This document shows, piece after piece, positions 12,335 through 24,790 of a DNA stretch of 64,000 bases (position 1 is its first letter; each line of letters begins with the position of its first letter). Location: assembly GCF_963921235.1 (NCBI RefSeq), contig NC_086097.1, positions 21,454,001-21,518,000 on the forward strand, read 5' to 3'. This stretch comes from Mobula hypostoma (Eukaryota). Under the pieces are notes generated by a model. That model saw only the letters and a program-made list of their open reading frames with translations. It did no database searches and was not told where the DNA came from. A program made the position numbers and the translations under genes.

Positions 12335-13420
12335 TGAATCATCTAGAGAAGTTAAAGGCCTGATGTTTGTGAATTGTCTGAGGGAGTTAAAGGCCTGATG
12401 TTTGTGAATTGTCTGAGGGAGTTAAAGGCCTGATGTCTGTGAATCCTCAAGGGAAGTTAAAGGCCTGCTGTCTGTGAGTAGTCTGAGGAAATTAAAGGCC
12501 TGATGTCTGCAAATCGTCTGGGGAAGTTAAAGGCCCGATGTCTGCGAATCCTCTGGGGAAGTTAAAGGCCCGATGTCTGCGAATCGTCTGGGGAAGTTAA
12601 AGGCCCGATGTCTGTGAATCGTCTGGGGAAGTTAAAGGCCTGCTGTCTGCGAATCCTCTGGGGAAGTTAAAGGCCTGATGTCTGTGAATCGTCTGGGGAA
12701 GTTGAAGGCCTGCTGTCTGTGAGTAGTCTGAGGAAATTAAAGGCCTGATGTCTGCGAATCGTCTGGGGAAGTTGAAGGCTTGATGTCTGCGAATCCTCTG
12801 GGGAAGTTAAAAGCCTAATGTCTGTGAATTATGTGAGAAATTAAAGGTCTGGTGTCTACGTATCCTCTGGAGAATTTAAAGGCTAAAGGCTGATTTATAC
12901 TTCTGCGTCAAATCGACACCGTAACCTACGCAAGTGGCCTACACGTGTTGTGAGTATTTATACTTGTGCGTTGGTGTGTCTGCGTTGCTCTGCAATTCAC
13001 ACACGTCACATATGCGCACACACCTGCCCGTGCAAGGCTTCATGGTCACGGTGGTCTTTCTCGGGGTAAGCAAGTTTAAAGCGAGCGTCTTTTTTTGTAA
13101 AAGCAAAATGCGTCCTCCATAATTTCGGAGGTTTGTAAAGCTTTATGGAAAGCATTGTAGCCAGAGTTCCTTCCCTGCCCTTCAGTTGCCCAATAGGAAG
13201 CTATTGCAGTGTAGAAGGAAATGCGATGCTACCAAGCGGACCAATCACAGCTACATTTTGGGAGAGGTGCACGTCAGGCTACGGCGTAGGGATCTGCGTA
13301 GGCACTGCGTAGGGTTCGTGGCTATGCCGTACCTACGGCGTCGATTTGACGCAGAAGTATAAATCAGCCTTTAATGTCTGCGAGTCCTCTGGAAAAGTTA
13401 AAGGCCTAATGTCTGCAAAT
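12335..13420. repeat. 35-bp minisatellite (~17 units) interrupted by a MITE
   Basis: Unit gaagttaaaggcctgatgtctgcgaatcctctggg recurs every 35 bp (12351, 12386, 12421 ...) and resumes after 13370. Confidence 0.95.
12887..13370. mobile_element. MITE copy 2, inverted relative to 7093-7607
   Basis: Same TIRs; interior is the reverse complement of copy 1 with a ~30-bp deletion. Confidence 0.88.
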
Positions 13421-13528
13421 CTGTGAGTCTGCCGGAGGTTGGAGGTGGCCTCTCCTAGGGTTAGAGGACTGTCTGAGGGTGGGTTGGTGCATAGGGAGGA
13501 ATGGAGCTTATTTAGAGGTTGTTGTTCT

Positions 13529-13806
13529 TGTTCTGGCCTCTAGAGGCACAGTTCATTTGTGTGGACATAACTTCCTGTAGGTAAATTGTTTTTTCTATCA
13601 TTTCCTGCACAGATTAGTTTTTATTCTGTTTGAAGCACAGGGTGGAAAGACATCCATCTCCATCTGCTCTTTATTTGCCCTTGAAACAGCAATGCCTTTT
13701 CTCAAGAGAATAGAGATCTCATTAAAAACCCTGAAGAACGCTTCCATCTTGAGTGATTTTTTTGAGAAGTTGTTTAGCCCACTGAATCACAGTGTTCACA
13801 TGCACA
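13529..13806 (+). repeat. BEL/Pao 5' LTR
   Basis: Starts TG; colinear with 16680-17035. Confidence 0.8.
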
Positions 13807-14459
13807 GGAGTGAAAAGGTAGTTCGCTTTCAAAGGAATCGTCTGAACGCTGTAGATGATAAGGTCAGCTTCTGACCTGAGCAACATCAATTATCAAGATC
13901 TCCAGGTCAGAATGTGGTTCATCTATTGCTCAAGTGAAACCACAATTACCATAGCTTCAGCACAAGTTCACACAAAAGCTGAAGTGGCAAGAAAGAAAAC
14001 AGCGTATGCTAAGCGCGTGAGGTTGAGATGCATTAGAGAAAGCATGTAGAGAAATCAAGACGGTACCCATAGACATGGAGAGAGCAGGTATAAAGGCTAC
14101 ATTAACTCTGGTCAAGGAAGAATGTGAAGTTGAGGATGCCTCAGCAAAGGCAAATATGTATGAATCAATGGTTGAAAGTCCATAACCGGAACCACTCATG
14201 CTTTGGACCTGGATTGGGTCATAGTGGGTGAATTCTGTCTCGATGGTGCTCATCAGCCGACCGTCAGCACATTTAAGACTAACGTCCTAGAGAACGGACA
14301 CCCAAGAGAGTATGTAAGTAAACCAAGCACCTCTGCTTAACCAGACTTAAGCAAGCTGGTCTTCTGTCACTCGGAAGATGATTATTAGCTGGCACCTTCC
14401 ATCAAAGTTGGGGTCTTCCTCCAAATCATGAGCAAAGAGTTTAGCAAAGATGAGTCAAA

Positions 14460-15330
14460 CAGTTAGGTAGCAGAGAGGTTAAGTGAGTAGACAAGGGGTT
14501 TGGCAGATGAAGTACAATGTGAGATCATCCAGTTTAGAAGGAAAAATAAAAGAGCAAATTATTACTTAAATTGTAAAAAATTGCAGCATGCTGCTGTGTG
14601 AAGGGACTTGGGAGTGTTTGTGCATGAATCACAAAAGGTTGGTTTGCATGTACAGCAGGCTATCAAGAAGGCAGATGGAATATTGGCCTTCATTGCTAGA
14701 GGGATTGCATTTAAGAGCAGGGAGGTTATGCTGCAACTGTACAGGGCACTGGTGAGGCTGCACCTGGAGTACTGCGTGCAGTTCTGGTCTCCTTACTTAA
14801 AGAAGGATAAACTGGCTTTGGAGGTGGTACAGAGGAGGTTCACCAGGTTGAATCCAGAGATGAGGGGGTTAGACTTTGAGGACAGATTGAGTCGACTGGG
14901 ACTGTACTTGCTGGAATTCAGAAGAATGAGAGGAGATCTTATTAGAAACATATAGAATTATGAAAGGGATAGATAAGATAGAGGCAGGAAAGTTGTTTCC
15001 ACTGGTAGGTGAGACTAGAACCAGGGGAAATAGCCTCAAAATTTGGGGGAGTAGATTTAGGACAGAGATGAGGAGGAACTGCTTTTCCCAGAGAGTGGTG
15101 AACCTGTGGGATTTTCTGCCCAATGAAGCAGTGGAGGCTACCTCAGTAAATATACTTAAGACAGGGTTGGATATATTTTAGCATAGAAGGGGAATTAAGG
15201 GTTATGGGGAAAAGGCAGGTAGTTGGAGATGAGTCCATGGCGAGATCAGCCATGATCTTACTGAATGGCAGAACAGGCTTGATGCGCGAGATGGCCTACT
15301 CCTGCTCCTATTTCCTGTGTTCTTGTGTTC
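14460..15330 (+). mobile_element. CR1 LINE 3' part nested in the BEL element
   Basis: ORFs 14608-14955 (LYRALVRLHLEYCVQFWSPYL) and 14960-15181. Confidence 0.9.
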
Positions 15331-16679
15331 TTATCTGACTCTCTTGGATTTGCTGCTCCAGGGACTCTTAATGTTAAGAGACTTGACCTTGGACATTTGT
15401 GCTGGGATTTCCCAGTCCCTAAAGAAAAACATGAGCAGTGGCAGCAGTGATGTTGTTCCCTTCAGGATCTCATAGGCTTGAAAATTCCAGGCACCTAAAC
15501 AATAATTCCACTATCTATTGTCCAAAAGGAAGAGGTCTGCATCTTCTGTGATACATCAACTGAAGCTATTGCTGCTGAGGCATACATGAATGTCACAGAT
15601 GCCGCTGGATATAGTGAAGTTGGATTCATCCTGGCAAGCCAAAGCTTGCTCCCAAACCAGATCTCACCATAGTAAGCCTTAAACTTGGTGCTGCTGTTCT
15701 AGCAGTTGAGGTGGCAGAGCTGATAACCAAAGAGCTGGACACAGAACTGGATGATATCAAGTTCTTTACCAACAATAATGTTGTGCTTGGTTATATAATT
15801 TAATGCAAAAAGAGATTCTATGTTTATATATGTAATAGGATCCAACGTATCAGGCAATTAACTCAAAAGAGCCAATGGAACTATCTTCCCACTGATCTTA
15901 ACTTGGCTGATCATACCACAAAAGGGCTGAAATCTAATCAGCTTCCTCTTCCTTCATGGTTAACTGGCCCAGCATTTCTTGCTCATCCTCAGCAAGAGCA
16001 TAGTCAGCAGGAAACTTTTGATTTAGCTGACCCTGAAGCAGATGTAGAAATGCGACCTCAGGTGTTGACCAACACCAGTCATTTACCACTGCTTCAACTT
16101 GGCAAGGCAAGCTTTGAGCATTTTTCCCTGGAAGGTGCTTACCTGAGCAATTTCCCAGTTCTCCGGTATTGCTCATTCCTCCACAGGAGTAGCCAAAGAC
16201 AGCATTTGCTACAGTCGGCACATTTGTAAGCAACCTCTCAGTGCAGAGCAACTGACTCAGGCAAAGGTTAGATCCTTCTCGTTGTTAAAAGACAGGTTTG
16301 TACAGAGGAAGTGCAGTGCATCACCACACAGTATCTCTCCCGAGACAAAACAAAGCCCCCTTAGTGAACTCTGTCCCTTTCTTGACTCTGAGGGGCTACT
16401 GCGAGTTGGAGTGTGTATTTAGAAGGCACAACTCACTTCAGAGGTAACTCCCCCAATCGTCATTCCAGGTAAGCATTATGTCACCTCTCTGCTCATTTGC
16501 CATTACCATGAGCATGTATGTTATCAAGGCCGGCACTTTTGAAGTGAGAGCGATTAAAGACAGAGTTTTCAAGGCCAGTTTCTAGACTATCCTTCTTTTG
16601 CCAAAGACATGGTGAGGTGAGCACTTGACTTTTAGTTTCAGCAATTAAGTTTGACATCCTATGGATGCCAGGCAGGAAG

Positions 16680-17035
16680 TGTTCTGGCCTCTAGAGGCAC
16701 AGTTCATTTTGTATGAAAAGTTCAAAGATTTACTTTATTTTTGAAGTATGCATGTCCAATACAACTCTGATATTTGTCTTCACCAGATAGCCATCACTTC
16801 CTGTATGTAAGCTTTTTTATATATCATTTCAGGCATGGATTAGTTTTCATTCTATTTGAAGCACATGGTGGAAAGACATCTCCATCTGCTCTTTATTTGC
16901 CCTTGAAATAGGAATATCTTTTCACAAGAGAAAAGTGATCTCAATAAAACCCCTGAAGAAAGCTCCATCTTGGGTGATTTTTCTACAGATGTTTAGCTCG
17001 CTGTATAGCTGTGTTCACACACAGTGAGGGCAGCA
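16680..17035 (+). repeat. BEL/Pao 3' LTR (with small internal insertion)
   Basis: TG...CA termini, aataaaa signal; colinear with the 5' LTR. Confidence 0.8.
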
Positions 17036-17611
17036 GTGTTTTATTTGTGTTGTTCTGTGATGCTCTGTTGGCGTCAAAATGTGTGGTGACTCTTGTGGGC
17101 TGCCCCCAGCTCATCTGTAGGTTTGTATTGTTTGTTAATGCAAATGAGAAATTTCAGTTTGTTTTGATGTACGTGTGATAAATAAATGAATCTGAACCTG
17201 AATCTCAAAACTTCATCAAAGCACTAAAAGATATTGGCCAAACATGATTTCTATTTGACAGATCCATGTTGAGTTTGCCTTAAAATTTTCCATGTGACCT
17301 ATTCTAGAGTTTTATTCTTCTTCCGATAATAGTTTGTGTAACTTGTCCCCATTTACAGTAAAGCTCTGATAATACACCATCCAAGTATTTGGGCATCCCG
17401 ATGATTTGACATCCAGTTCATGAGGTAATGTTTGTCATGTTGCCCGTGTTCCAACACTCACATTCAGCTCACTGTCATCTTTTTTGATTCACTTGGGCTC
17501 TCCTTTCTGAATCAGTGGGGCCCTGTGTCCCACGAACTCCGCTGACTCGCTAGGACCTTGGTTTCAAAGCTACCTTCCACTCACTTGCAGTCCTTTCCCC
17601 ATCAATTAAGC

Positions 17612-18890
17612 CCCATGTCCCAAACTGTCTTCAAAGTGACCGGGACCCATTTCCCAAACTGTCTTCAAAGTGACCGGGACCCATTTCCCACACTGTCTTC
17701 AAAGTGACCGGGACCCATTTCCCAAACTGTCTTCAAAGTGACCGGGACCCATGTCCCACACTGTCTTCAAAGTGACCGGGACCCATTTCCCAAACTGTCT
17801 TCAAAGTGACCGGGACCCATTTCCCACACTGTCTTCAAAGTGACCGGGACCCATTTCCCAAACTGTCTTCAAAGTGACCGGGACCCATTTCCCACACTGT
17901 CTTCAAAGTGTCCAGGGACCTATTTCCCAAACTGTCTTCAAAGTGTCCGGGGACCCATGTCCCCCACTGTCTTCAAAATGACCGGGACTCATTTCCCACA
18001 CTGTCTTCTAAGTGACCGGGACTCATTTCCCACACTGTCTTCAAAGTGTCCGGGGACCCATGTCCCACACTGTCTTCAAAGTGACAGGGACCCATTTCCC
18101 AAACTGTCTTCAAAGTGACCGGGACTCATTTCCCACACTGTCTTCAAAGTGACCGGGACTCATTTCCCACACTGTCTTCAAAGTGTCCAGGGACCTATTT
18201 CCCACACTGTCTTCAAAGTGTCCGGGGACCCATGTCCCACACTGTCTTCAAAGTGACCGGGACTCATTTCCCACACTGTCTTCAAAGTGACTGGGACTCA
18301 TTTCCCACACTGTCTTCAAAGTGTCCGGGGACCCATGTCCCACACTGTCTTCAAAGTGTCCAGGGACCTATTTCCCACACTGTCTTCAAAGTGTCCGGGG
18401 ACCCATGTCCCACACTGTCTTCAAAGTGACCGGGACTCATTTCCCACACTGTCTTCAAAGTGTCCGGGGACCCATGTCCCACACTGTCTTCAAAGTGTCC
18501 GGGGACCCATGTCCCACACTGTCTTCAAAGTGTCCAGGGACCTATTTCCCAAACTGTCTTCAAAGTGTCCGGGGACCCATGTCCCCCACTGTCTTCAAAA
18601 TGACCGGGACTCATTTCCCACACTGTCTTCAAAGTGACCGGGACTCATTTCCCACACTGTCTTCAAAGTGTCCGGGGACCCATTTCCCAAACTGTCTTCA
18701 AAGTGACCGGGACCCATTTCCCAAACTGTCTTCAAAGTGACCGGGACTCATTTCCCACACTGTCTTCAAAGTGACCGGGACTCATTTCCCACACTGTCTT
18801 CAAAGTGACCGGGACTCATTTCCCACACTGTCTTCAAAGTGACCGGGACTCATTTCCCACACTGTCTTCAAAGTGACTGGGACCCATTTC
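17612..18890. repeat. 34/35-bp minisatellite, ~37 units
   Basis: Unit cccatttcccacactgtcttcaaagtgaccggga with 35-bp variants (gtgtccggggaccc, gtgtccagggacct); no unique spacers. Confidence 0.97.
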
Positions 18891-19457
18891 CTGTGCTCTC
18901 TTTAAGTTTACTGTGTCCACTAGGAAATTTATTATAACTGGTGCGACATTGTAAAAATGAAACTGATTAAAAATGTGTTGTGACACTGGTAGAAGTGGCA
19001 TCCAAATGTCTGTTCACCATCACCAAAACCTCCAGAGTGCAAGGTCATCAGAGTTTGACTGTACAACCTTTCACTCCCTTGTCAGTACTTGCATACCCAA
19101 CACCATCTTCTTAAGATGTAACTTAGTGTGTCATAGAAATGTGCAGCTTTGAAACAGACCCTTCAGTTCATCATGTCAATGCTGGCAATTATGCTATCTA
19201 TGCTAATCCCACTTACCTTCATTAATTTCATATCCCTCCATGCCCTGCTCATTCAAGTATCTCTTCAGATATCTCTTCAATGTCCTCTGGTAGCTCGTTA
19301 CAGACCGAAACAGTTTCTGTGAAAAACATATTTCTCGGATCTCCTTTAAACCTCCTCCTTCTCACCTAAACCCTATGCCCTAAACGTCTTACACATTCCT
19401 GTCATGGGGAATATTCACCAGTTATTTTCCTACCTAGGCCTTGCATAACTTTATATA

Positions 19458-19618
19458 TACACTCAGTGTCCACTTTATTAGGTACACGAACACCTTGTTG
19501 ATGCAAATATCTAATCAGCCCAATCATGTGGCTGCAACTCAATGCATAAAAGCATGCAGATATGGTCAAGAAGTTCGGTTGTTGTCCAGACCAAACATCA
19601 CAATGGGAAGAAATGAGA
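19458..19618 (+). mobile_element. Tc1-derived element 5' end
   Basis: ta|cactcagtgtccactttattaggtacac; same terminus as 30068. Confidence 0.7.
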
Positions 19619-19797
19619 TCGAAGTGGTTTTGAACACCTCTGGGAAACAGCCAGAAGTCATGGTGCATATTGGCACCAATGATATCGGGAGAAAAGGGGA
19701 AGAGGTCCTGTGTAGTGGGTATAGGGAGGAGACTGAAGGGAAGAGCCTCCAAAGTAGCAATTTCCAGATTACTCTCTGTGCCTCGAGCTAATGCAGG

Positions 19798-21785
19798 TTG
19801 TTGTTGTTGTTGTTGGTCCTTCGTAGTCGAAGATGACCATGGCTTCAAAGCCAAATGGGAGATTGGTGGCTGTGGGTCCGGAGGTGACTGATGAGGCCAA
19901 TCCGGGCCCTGAAGGCTCGCCCACATGTGGGACACAAGTGGGTGGGTGCTGTCGTGGCAGTGGATGCTGCTCGGGCCTTGCGCACAGCACGCTTTCGTTG
20001 CGCCTCGATGATGCGCCTGACTTCAGCTGCACGGGCTCCTGTGGTGATCTTGCTGCGCCAAGCTGGACGGTCGAGGGCAAGCGTCTCCCACGTGTTGATG
20101 TCGACACCCAGGCCTTTGAGGGACGCTTTAAGGCAGTCTTTGTAACGTTTCTTCTGCCCCCCCCCCCCCGACTGAGCGCTTGCCCTGACACAGTTCTCCG
20201 GACAGCAGCTGCTTAGGCAATCGGCTGTCTGGCATTCTGACCACATGTCCAGCCCACCTGGCTTGGGCTTTCAGCAGGAGGGTGTAGACGCTGCAGAGCC
20301 CAGCTCATTCCAGGATTTCCGTGTCGGGGACTTTGTCCTGCCACCTGATGTGGAGGAGTCTGCGGAGACAGCTCAGGTGAAAGTGGTTGAGCTGTTTGGC
20401 GTGTCTGCTGTAGAGAGTCCAGGTCTCACTGGCGTAAAGGAGGGTGGTAAGGACCACTGCACAGTAGACCTTCAGCTTGGTGGTAAGGCTGAGTCCTCTC
20501 CGCTCCCAGACGTTCTCACGGAGTCTCCCAAAGGTGGCGCTGGCTTTGGAAATCCTGTTGTTGACCTCAGCATCTATGTTCACTGCGCGAGAGAGTATGC
20601 TGCCCAGGTAGGTGAAGTTGTCGACTACCTGGAGGTTCTAGCCCTTCACCGTGACGCGTGGCTCCTGGTATGGCTTTCCTGGGGCAGGCTGGTACATAGC
20701 TTCGGTCTTTTTGGTGCTGATAGTGAGTCCGAAGTTGTCGCAGGCTTGTGAGAAGCAGTCCATTTCACGCTGCATCTCCTGCTCTGTGCTGGCGTTGAGT
20801 GCGCAGTCATCAGCAAACAAGGAGTCTCTGATGACAGTCTCTCGCACCTTTGTAACTGCCTGCAGGCACTTAAGGTTGAACAGCCGGTCATCAGTCCTGT
20901 ACCTGACGTGGATTCCTTCTTCGTAGTTACGGAAGGCATCTGTCAGCATGGCAGAGAATACCATACTGAACAGAGTCGGGGCAAGAACGCAGCCTTGTTT
21001 GACGCCATTTGTCACTGGGAAGGCCTCCGACTCGTTGCCGTCATCCAGAACTTTCACCATCATACCGTCGTGGAACTGCCGGACGATTGTGATGAACTTG
21101 CTGGGGCAGCCAAACTTCTCCATGATCTTCCACAAGCCTTCTCTGCTGACCGTATCGAAAGCCTTGGTTAGATCAACAAAGGTCACGAAGAGGTTGCTGT
21201 GTTGCTCCTGGCATTTTTCCTGGAGTTGGCGCGCAGCAAAAATCATGTCCGCGGTCCCACGTTCAGCACGGAAGCCGAACTGGCTTTCTGGGAGCAGACC
21301 TTGCTCAAGGTGTTGGAGAAGGCGGTTGAGCAGGACGCTGGCCAGAATCTTCTCCGCAATGGACGAGAGGGAGATGCCTCGGTGGTTGTCGCAAGACTGG
21401 CGGTTGCCTTTCCTCTTGTAGATGTGGACTATGCTGGCATCTTTCAGCTGTTGCGGGACCTGTCCCTTTTTCCACATGGACTGGAAGAGTACAGTCAGCT
21501 TTTGCATCATGACAGGGCCTCCTGCTTTGTATACCTCAGCAGGGATTGCATCGGGTCCTGACGCTTTGCCACAGGAGAGTTGCTTCACTGCCTTCCTGAC
21601 TTCATCTACTGTGGGGAGGGTGTCGAGGTTCTTGTTGATCTCTACCTGGGGCAGGCGGGCAATGGCCTCGTCGTTGATGTCGGCAGGGCGGTTAAGGACG
21701 TTGTTAAAGTGCTCAGCCCACCGATCCAGAATCTGCTTCTTCTCTGTCAGCAGCTGCGTCTCATCTGCGTTGAGGGGTGAGGAGC
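19798..21785 (-). mobile_element. Young 5'-truncated RTE-clade LINE (RT plus C-terminal C2H2 zinc finger)
   Basis: 386-aa RT ORF (LLPESQFGFR, FVDLTKAFDTV, GVKQGCVLAPTLF, LFADDCAL). The frame continues through two C>T stops and one poly-G frameshift to CPTCGRAFRARIGLISHLRTH; (caa)n tail. Confidence 0.93.
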
Positions 21786-22582
21786 GAGATGACAGCATGG
21801 ATGAATGAGTAGCTGAGGAGATGGTGCAGGGTACAGGGTTTTAAGTTCTTGGATCATTGGAATCTTTTTTGGGGAAGGGGTGACCTGTACAAGAGGGACA
21901 GGTTGCACCTGAACTGGAGGGGAACTAATATCCTGGCCGGGGGATTTGCTGATGCACCTTGGGTGAGTTTAAATTAGCGGTCTGAGAATTGGAGCCCCAG
22001 GTCAGCAAGGGAAGGATCAGACCAGAATGTAGATGTCAAAGAATGTATGGAAGGCAAAATCAAACTAACAGGTATGTTGGGTCGGATAGTTTGAAGTGTG
22101 TATATTTTAATGCTAGGAGTATTACGGGTAAAGGTGATGAACTTACGGGGGCAGTAGGCAGGAACTAAGAAGTTTTAATTGGGAATACATTTTCTTTGGC
22201 AAGTCCACATCGGACATGTGGAGGATGTTTAAAGATCAATTGCAACAGAGTACAGGAAAGGTATGTTTCTGTTAGAAGGAAAGATGGGGATAGAAAGATA
22301 AGAGAACCTTGGATGTATGGAGAGCTGATGAATTTAGTCAAGAAGAAAAAGGAAGGATACGTAAAGCTTCAGAAGTTAGGATCAAATAAAGCAAAACGAG
22401 AGGCCAAAAAAGAACTAAAGAGGAGAATTAGGAAAGCCAGGAGGAGCCATGAAAAGTCCTTGGCAAGTAAGATTAAGGTGAATCCCAAAGCGTTCTACAC
22501 ATGCATCAAGACGAAGAGGATAACTAGGGAGAGGGTGGAATCTCTTGCATGGATACAGAGAATGTGAGTGAGGTACTTAATG

Positions 22583-22728
22583 CAAACAACAGGAATTCTG
22601 CAGATGCTGGAAATTCAAGCAACACACATAAAAATTGCCGGCCTGTCAAAGGGTCTCGGCCTGAAACATCGACTGCACCTCTTCCTAGAGATGCTGCCTG
22701 GCCTGCTGCGTTCACCAGCAACTTTTAT
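22583..22728. mobile_element. 146-bp PLE-derived fold-back insertion with HHR-like motif
   Basis: 15-bp TSD gtgaggtacttaatg at 22568-22582 and 22729-22743. Confidence 0.88.
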
Positions 22729-23964
22729 GTGAGGTACTTAATGAGTACTTTGCTTCAGTATTTACCAAGGAAAAAGATATGGAGGACCAGGAGATTAGTG
22801 CTGAGTGTTTAAGTATATTAGGACACTTAGAGGTCAAGGAGGAGGAAGTGCTGTGCCTCCTAATGAGTATTAAGGTGGATAGTCTCCAGAGCCCGATGGG
22901 ATTTACCTCAGATTATTGAAGGAGGCAAGAGTTGAAATTGCTGGGCCCTGACCTGTATCTTCATGTCCTTTCTAGCCACAGATGAGGTTCCGGAGGACTG
23001 GTGAGTGGCTAATGTTGTAGCTCTATTTAAGAAGGGAACAAGAGAAAATCCTGGGAACTATAAACAGGTGAGTCTCACAGTTGTAGGGAAATTGCTGGAG
23101 AAACTTCTTCAGGATATGATATATGAGCATTTGGAAGCTCATGGCCTAATGAGGGAGAGTCAGCATGGCTCTGTGCATGGCAGGTCGTGCCTTACCAACC
23201 TGATTGAGTTTTTTGACAAGATGACAAGAGAGATTGATGAGGGTAGGGCAGTGGATGTTGCCTACTGGTGTTTTAGTAAGGCATTTGACAAAGTCCCTCA
23301 CAGGAGGCTAATCCAGAAGATTAAGATGCATGGGGTCTGCAGTGAATTGGCTGTTTGTATTCAGAATTGGCTTGTGCATAGAAGTCAGAGGGTAGTGGTT
23401 GAAAGGACTTATTCAAGCTAGAAGCCTGTAATTAGTGGAATTCTGCAGGGATTATGCTGGGGCCTCTGCTGTTTGTGATGTATGTACTTAGCCTAGATGA
23501 AAATCCACCCTAGGTGGGTGGGCTATTAAATTTGTGGATGATACCAAGATTGGTGGAGTTGTGGATTGTGTAGAAGACTGGTGAAGATTACAGCACGATA
23601 TGGATCTGCTGCAGATTTGGGCAGAGAAATGGCAGATGGAGTTAACCCAGATAAATATGAAGTGTTGCACCTTGGTAGGGAAAATGCAAGGAGACAGTAC
23701 GCTGCTAAAGGCAAGATCCTTAACAGAGTTGCTGAGCAGAGAGATCTTGGGATCCAAGTTCATAGCTCCCTGAAAGTGGCTCCACAGGTCAATAAGGTGG
23801 TTAAAAAGGCTGACGGAATGCTTGCTTTTATTAGTCGAGGCATTGAGTTCAAACGTCAGGAGGTTATGTTGCAACTTTATAAAACTCTGGTTAGGCCACT
23901 ATGCTACTGTGCCGCCTAAAGTAAAGATGCTGGCGTGCTTTCCATGTGATTGCATCTACATGTT

Positions 23965-24650
23965 TTTTTAAAATTTCAAAACATACTTTATTCAAAAATA
24001 AAATTATATACAATAAACCATTCAATCACTTTCCATCCTTTACATACGTTTCCATTATAGTCTGTACATATCCATACTTATGGCCACCCATGTGGCACTC
24101 CAATTGTTCAGCTTACCATATCATTGTTGAGGGGTATACTCCCCGCCACCCGACCCCTCCCACTTCCGCGGGTGGGGAAACCTATACCGTGGTCCTTCCC
24201 CACCGGGCCCTTGCGGTGGCTGCACCGAGTTTCAGTGCGTCCCTCAGCACGTACTCCTGCAACCGAGAATGTGCCAGTCGGCAGCATTCTCCCACAGACA
24301 TCTCCGTGTGCTGGTAGATCATCAAGTTTCGGGCCGACCAAAGAGCGTCTTTCACCGAGTTGATGATCTGCCAGCAGCACCGGATGTTGGTCTCCGTGTG
24401 CATCCCCGGGAACAGCCCGTAGATCAGAGAGTCCTCTGATACGCAGCTGCTGGGGATAAACCGTGACACTTGCCCGTCCATCCTCCTCCACACCCTCTTT
24501 GCGAACTGGCAGTGTGCAAAGAGGTGGGTCACAGACTCTTCCTCACTGCAGTCCTCCCGTGGGCAGTGGGGTGCGGAGACGACGTTCCGGGTGTACAGGA
24601 GGGACCTGACTGGGAGGGCCCCTCTCACCGCCAGCCAGGCGAGGTCCTGG
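23965..24650 (-). mobile_element. Tx1/L1-clade LINE 3' end
   Basis: zf-RVT-type C-terminus (LAWLAVRGALPVR..CPREDC..EESVTHLFAHC); A-rich tail; 14-bp TSD tgcatctacRtgtt at 23951-23964 and 24651-24664. Confidence 0.88.
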
Positions 24651-24790
24651 TGCATCTACGTGTTGGGCCCAGGACAGATAATCTTGTCGTATATATTTGT
24701 GCGTAAGACAAGCTGGACTTTGACTTCATCTTCACGGTTTATGGGCACTGACTGATGAGTTTGAGCAAATGACTGACATGAATTCAAAAT

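Larger units (their letters stand above)
13529..17035 (+). mobile_element. Decayed BEL/Pao LTR retrotransposon with both LTRs
   Basis: Direct repeats starting tgttctggcctctagaggcacagttcattt at 13529 and 16680; purine tract gccaggcaggaag before the 3' LTR. Pao RNase H remnant (EVCIFCDTSTEAIAA..VGFIL..KLAPKPDLTI..LGAAVLAVE; VLGYI..KRFYVYICNRIQRIR..QWNYLPTDLNLADHTTKG) and integrase remnant (PIVIPGKHYVTSLLICHYHEHVCYQGRHF). Confidence 0.88.
19619..23897 (+). mobile_element. Long decayed CR1 LINE (ORF1 SGNH esterase and ORF2 APE/RT fragments), interrupted by RTE and PLE insertions
   Basis: QPEVMVHIGTNDIGRK esterase motif; ANVVALFKKG..PGNY; SCLTNLIEFF; FSKAFDKVPH; LQLYKTLVRP. Confidence 0.85.

Noticed and set aside
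12335..13420. CRISPR-like 35-bp periodicity
   Set aside because: Ordinary minisatellite; the variable part consists of point variants, not spacers
17612..18890. CRISPR-like array or Cys/His-rich repeat protein ORFs
   Set aside because: Units are contiguous with no unique spacers, there are no cas genes and the context is eukaryotic. The ORFs are frame-shifted readings of the same repeat.
20638..21798. 386-aa ORF as a host gene or domesticated RT
   Set aside because: 5'-truncated RTE copy with stops, a frameshift and a (caa)n tail
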